A stretch of DNA of 42,599 nt from positions 1 through 42,599 of the forward strand of contig CBDUSJ010000001.1 of NCBI GenBank assembly GCA_965369845.1, in the 5' to 3' direction. Below are positions 39,132 through 42,599 of the stretch, piece after piece. This stretch comes from an uncultured bacterium. Lineage in GTDB: Bacteria > Bacteroidota > Bacteroidia > Bacteroidales > 4484-276. The translations under genes and the position numbers were made by a program. Under the pieces are notes generated by a model that saw only the letters and a list, made by a program, of their open reading frames with translations, did no database searches and was not told where the DNA came from. The stretch's first letter is position 1. Each line of letters begins with the position of its first letter.

Positions 39132-39590
39132 TCAAGATTCTTTTTCATTTATGACAATATTGTTGGTTTTTTCAAAATCCATAAGGTAGTGCTTAATTCC
39201 GGCTTCTATAAAAATATCCCCCTTTTTCCTGAAGCCTTGTCTTTCGTAATATGGAACAGCTTTAAGCTGGGAGTGTAGATAAATTTTATCTGATAATGGA
39301 ATTACGTCGCTGAGTATTCTTTTCAAAAGTTCTGTTCCTAATCCCCGGTTGCGGTATTTAGGCAAAGTGGCAAAACGTTCGAGTTTAATTCCTTTTTGCG
39401 TGTATCGCCACCGGCCTGTACCGACTGGTTTATTATCAATAATGATCAGGTAGTGTGTGCACTTCTCCTCGTTTTCGTATTCAAGAGAGGGATCGACATT
39501 TTGTTCCTGAACAAAAACTTTGTTTCTTATATCAAAAGCCTTTTCGCTTAATTCTTTATCTGAAACCTGAAATTTTACAATCTTGATCAT
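39132..39590 (-). CDS. GNAT-family N-acetyltransferase
   Basis: The RFATLPKYRNRGLGTELLKRIL motif A (Q/RxxGxG/A) region is present. Start probably ATG 39590 (MIKIVKF); the track ORF extends to 39614. Confidence 0.85.
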   Translation of the reverse strand: MIKIVKFQVSDKELSEKAFDIRNKVFVQEQNVDPSLEYENEEKCTHYLIIIDNKPVGTGRWRYTQKGIKLERFATLPKYRNRGLGTELLKRILSDVIPLSDKIYLHSQLKAVPYYERQGFRKKGDIFIEAGIKHYLMDFEKTNNIVINEKES

Positions 39591-39638
39591 TGTGGACAGA
39601 AAAAAAGCAATCACTCATGGACTGCTTTTGTAATATTT

Positions 39639-40640
39639 TTATTTGTTTCCGTTATACGCCCATTTTACATAAATTGCGCCCCATGTAAATCCGCCTCCGA
39701 AAGCTGAAAGGATAATTTTATCTCCCTTTTTCAATTTATCCTCCCATTCCCACAAGCAAAGCGGTATAGTTGCAGAAGTGGTGTTTCCGTAATTTTGGAT
39801 ATTGATCATCACCTGTTCTTTTCTAATCCCCATTCTTCTGGCGGTTGCTTCAATTATCCTGAGGTTTGCCTGGTGAGGAACCAGCCAGGTAAGTTCATCC
39901 GGAGCAATGTTGTGCTTTTTCATCATTTCGACCGAAACATCAGCCATTTTCGACACGGCAAATTTGAACACAGCCTGTCCTTCCTGATACACATAATGTT
40001 CGCGGGCATCAACCGTTTCATGAGAAGCAGGCTTCACCGAGCCACCTGCTTTTTGATGAAGATACCTACATCCAGCGCCATTCGAAAAATGTATCGAATC
40101 GATTATCCCGACATCTTCGGTTGTCGGTTCCAGTAAAATTGCACCGGCGGCATCGCCAAAGATCACGCAGGTTGTTCTGTCGGTATAATCAGTGATTGAT
40201 GACATCTTATCGGCGCCAACGATTATAACTTTTTTATACTGGCCCGACTCAACAAATTTTGCCCCGGTGGTTATGGCGTATATCAAACTGGAACAGGCTG
40301 CGTTGATATCATAGCTGAAGGCGTTTTTTATACCGGTTTTATCGCTGATGATATTTGCCGTGGCGGGGAACTGCATATCGCCGGTTACGGTTGCACAAAT
40401 AAGTAAATCAATTTCATCAGGGTTTGTTCCTGTCTTTTCCAGAAGTCCTTTCACAGCTTCAGCGCCCATGTCGGAGGTTCCTAAGCCTTTTCCTTTTAGG
40501 ATGTGTCTTTTTTTAACACCTGTACGTGTGGTAATCCAGTCGTCAGAAGTATCTACCATATTAGCCAGCTCCTGGTTTGTGAGAATATATTCCGGAACCC
40601 ATGCATTAATTCCTGTAATAGCAGCTCTTCTTTTTATCAT
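39639..40640 (-). CDS. fabH: Beta-ketoacyl-ACP synthase III
   Basis: Active-site context NAACSSLIYA, PHQANLRII and GNTTSATIPL. Confidence 0.95.
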   Translation of the reverse strand: MIKRRAAITGINAWVPEYILTNQELANMVDTSDDWITTRTGVKKRHILKGKGLGTSDMGAEAVKGLLEKTGTNPDEIDLLICATVTGDMQFPATANIISDKTGIKNAFSYDINAACSSLIYAITTGAKFVESGQYKKVIIVGADKMSSITDYTDRTTCVIFGDAAGAILLEPTTEDVGIIDSIHFSNGAGCRYLHQKAGGSVKPASHETVDAREHYVYQEGQAVFKFAVSKMADVSVEMMKKHNIAPDELTWLVPHQANLRIIEATARRMGIRKEQVMINIQNYGNTTSATIPLCLWEWEDKLKKGDKIILSAFGGGFTWGAIYVKWAYNGNK

Positions 40641-40652
40641 TTTGAATAGCTA

Positions 40653-41603
40653 TTAATGAGTATATTTTTTAAATGCCCTTTTAACCTTTGTTGAAAGTTT
40701 GGCATAATAAATTTCCTTCGATAAAAGTATCATGTTTTTAATTGCAACGGCATTGGAAATACCATGACCGATAACAACCGATGAATTCACACCAAGTATC
40801 GGGCTGCCGCCGTAATTTTCGTAATTAAATCGGCGAAAATAATCGTCGAGCAATCCGCGTTTTTGCATTAGCCGGTACATTGCTTCAATTTGCTTTAATA
40901 CTATATTTCCGATGAATCCGTCGCATATTATTACATCAACTTTTGCACTGAAAATATCACGACTTTCGATATTTCCATAAAAACAAAAATCCCTTGAATC
41001 TTTCATTAAATGAAAAGCCGACTGACACAACAGATTGCCTTTTCCATCCTCATCACCGATATTCAGCAATCCAACTTTTGGTTTCTTGATATTGAAAATA
41101 TTTTTTGCATAAATTGACCCCAGCAGCGCAAACTGGTATAATACATCGGGTTTGGAATCGGGGTTTGTTCCGATGTCGAGTATCAGGCTATCGCCTCCTT
41201 TTTCCTGTGGGATGAAAGCTGAAGTAGCCGGACGTATCACACCCGGAATATTACCGACACTGTACATTGCGCCAACGAGAGTAGCGCCTGAATTGCCGGC
41301 GCTTGAAAACGACTGTATTTTCTTATTTTTTAATAGTCTGAAACCGATGGAGATACTCGAATCGGGTTTGTTCGAGAAAGCTTTGATCGGGCGCTCATCC
41401 ATTCTAATGGCCTGAGCTGCGTGTATAATCTCAAATTTTAAAGGGTCAAAATTCTTTTCTTTAATTGTTGATTCAATAATTCCTTTATCGCCAATTAAAA
41501 CAATTTTATCATTTTCCGGCAGAAAAGTATATGCGAGAATTGCGCCATCAATTGTTGCAACCGGCGCAAAATCACCACCCATAACGTCTAATCCGATTTT
41601 CAT
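40653..41603 (-). CDS. plsX: Phosphate:acyl-ACP acyltransferase
   Basis: KIGLDVMGGDFAP start and GFIGNIVLK. Position between rpmF and fabH supports the call. Confidence 0.95.
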   Translation of the reverse strand: MKIGLDVMGGDFAPVATIDGAILAYTFLPENDKIVLIGDKGIIESTIKEKNFDPLKFEIIHAAQAIRMDERPIKAFSNKPDSSISIGFRLLKNKKIQSFSSAGNSGATLVGAMYSVGNIPGVIRPATSAFIPQEKGGDSLILDIGTNPDSKPDVLYQFALLGSIYAKNIFNIKKPKVGLLNIGDEDGKGNLLCQSAFHLMKDSRDFCFYGNIESRDIFSAKVDVIICDGFIGNIVLKQIEAMYRLMQKRGLLDDYFRRFNYENYGGSPILGVNSSVVIGHGISNAVAIKNMILLSKEIYYAKLSTKVKRAFKKYTH

Positions 41604-41639
41604 CAGTATAAAATAGTTCTTGAATTTTTAAAATCCCGG

Positions 41640-41831
41640 TTATTCTGTTTCGCTTCTTTGCATCACCAGTTTTCCTTTGTAATACAAATCGTCGTCAACC
41701 CAGTATGCTCTGTGATACACATGCACTGTGCCGGTAGTCGGGCATTTTGCCAGTGTCGGCAATGTGGCTGTATAATGAGTGCGCCTTTTGTCTCTTCTGG
41801 TTTTCGATATTTTTCTTTTCGGATGAGCCAT
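41640..41831 (-). CDS. rpmF: 50S ribosomal protein L32
   Basis: [19 protein letters not shown] start. 63 aa. Confidence 0.95.
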   Translation of the reverse strand: MAHPKRKISKTRRDKRRTHYTATLPTLAKCPTTGTVHVYHRAYWVDDDLYYKGKLVMQRSETE

Positions 41832-41851
41832 TTTATAAATATTTTTTTCTA

Positions 41852-42379
41852 TTATGATTTACTTTTTGTTTTTAATTTCAACAAAGTTTCCCAGCGCGGG
41901 TCAGGTTTCTGATGATGCCTGTGCTTCTCAATTTTTCTGATCATCTCCTGATTGCATCCGTCCTCTCCGTTTTTTTTTACAGGATGAATTTTCTGCATCG
42001 GAATATTCAGAATGATAAACTCATAAATAAACCGGCTTACATCTATCTGATGTTCATTTTCAGGAATGATCTGTACTTCGTCTGATTCTTCTCTCCATTC
42101 ATCTCCAAATTTGATCATCAGTTTTTCGGTTCCCGAAATAGGAAGATCAAATTTTTCAAGACACCTGTCGCACACAACTTCAACAACGCCCTTAATTCTG
42201 AAATCGAGGATGAACATCCGTTCCTGTTTTGTAAATTTGAGATCAATCCTGATGTTTCCTCTTTTTATTTCAGAGTATTCAAACTTTGTAAAGAACTGGT
42301 CGTTTACTTCAAAATCAAAGTAATGAACTCCAGGCTTCAGCCCGCTGAACGGGATTACAAACTGTTTTAAGTAATCCAC
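41852..42379 (-). CDS. YceD/DUF177-family protein (23S rRNA accumulation protein-like)
   Basis: CDRCLEKF Cys pair. Conserved position immediately upstream of rpmF-plsX-fabH. Confidence 0.8.
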   Translation of the reverse strand: MDYLKQFVIPFSGLKPGVHYFDFEVNDQFFTKFEYSEIKRGNIRIDLKFTKQERMFILDFRIKGVVEVVCDRCLEKFDLPISGTEKLMIKFGDEWREESDEVQIIPENEHQIDVSRFIYEFIILNIPMQKIHPVKKNGEDGCNQEMIRKIEKHRHHQKPDPRWETLLKLKTKSKS

Positions 42380-42599
42380 TGTTTTTTACTTTAAAAAATT
42401 GGGCGGCAAAAATAAAAATTAATATTATTAATAACAAATAATTATTATAACTATTCTGTTTACAAAATGCGGAGCTTAATTTTTGTTCTGCCCGAAGTTC
42501 CGAAAAGAAACTCATATATTTGCTCCTTGTTAATAAATTCTCACCTAATTCTACTTTGGTAAATCAACTCATTCAGTTTTATAATATCTCATAATATCT

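Noticed and set aside
42315-42515. 66-aa minus-strand ORF upstream of the yceD-like gene
   Set aside because: It overlaps the yceD-like start region, has no recognisable motif, and lies mostly in AT-rich promoter-like sequence. It is probably spurious.

Overview
AT-rich chromosomal segment that looks Bacteroidota-type. Supporting signs: a T9SS-type C-terminal sorting domain on a secreted M1 peptidase, TAnnTTTG -7-like promoter motifs, atpDC-atpBEFHAG gene order with a short epsilon subunit, DUF1573 and IPExxxVDY family proteins, and no obvious Shine-Dalgarno sites. Most of the window is housekeeping backbone: an O-antigen-ligase-like protein, a lipid kinase, an M1 aminopeptidase, a TolC plus adaptor pair, tsaB, an ECF sigma/anti-sigma pair, a crotonase/3-hydroxyacyl-CoA dehydrogenase/thiolase trio, purL, a hybrid histidine kinase, the full F1Fo ATP synthase operon, a two-component pair, a TrmH-like methyltransferase, and yceD-rpmF-plsX-fabH. 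Three small accessory or decaying patches interrupt it. (i) 2.68-4.72 kb holds a REP-associated tyrosine transposase (RAYT) whose ORF and upstream neighbour carry copies of one 20-bp perfect palindrome, followed by a relic of a type I restriction hsdR N-terminus and a coiled-coil ORF broken by one in-frame TAG. (ii) 17.2-17.7 kb holds a truncated AAA ATPase with three 16-bp repeats at 33-bp spacing. (iii) 23.6-25.8 kb is a 2-kb islet bounded by tRNA-Arg(CCT) and tRNA-Pro(GGG), carrying an MNT-HEPN module and a RelE/Gp49-like toxin (inactivated by an in-frame TGA) with an XRE antitoxin. I see no CRISPR array, rRNA, integrase, prophage or reverse transcriptase. The most unusual thing I can support is the RAYT locus with in-frame REP-like palindromes. 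I did not find a clearly novel multi-gene system. All protein calls rest on recognisable motifs in the supplied translations, not on database searches.
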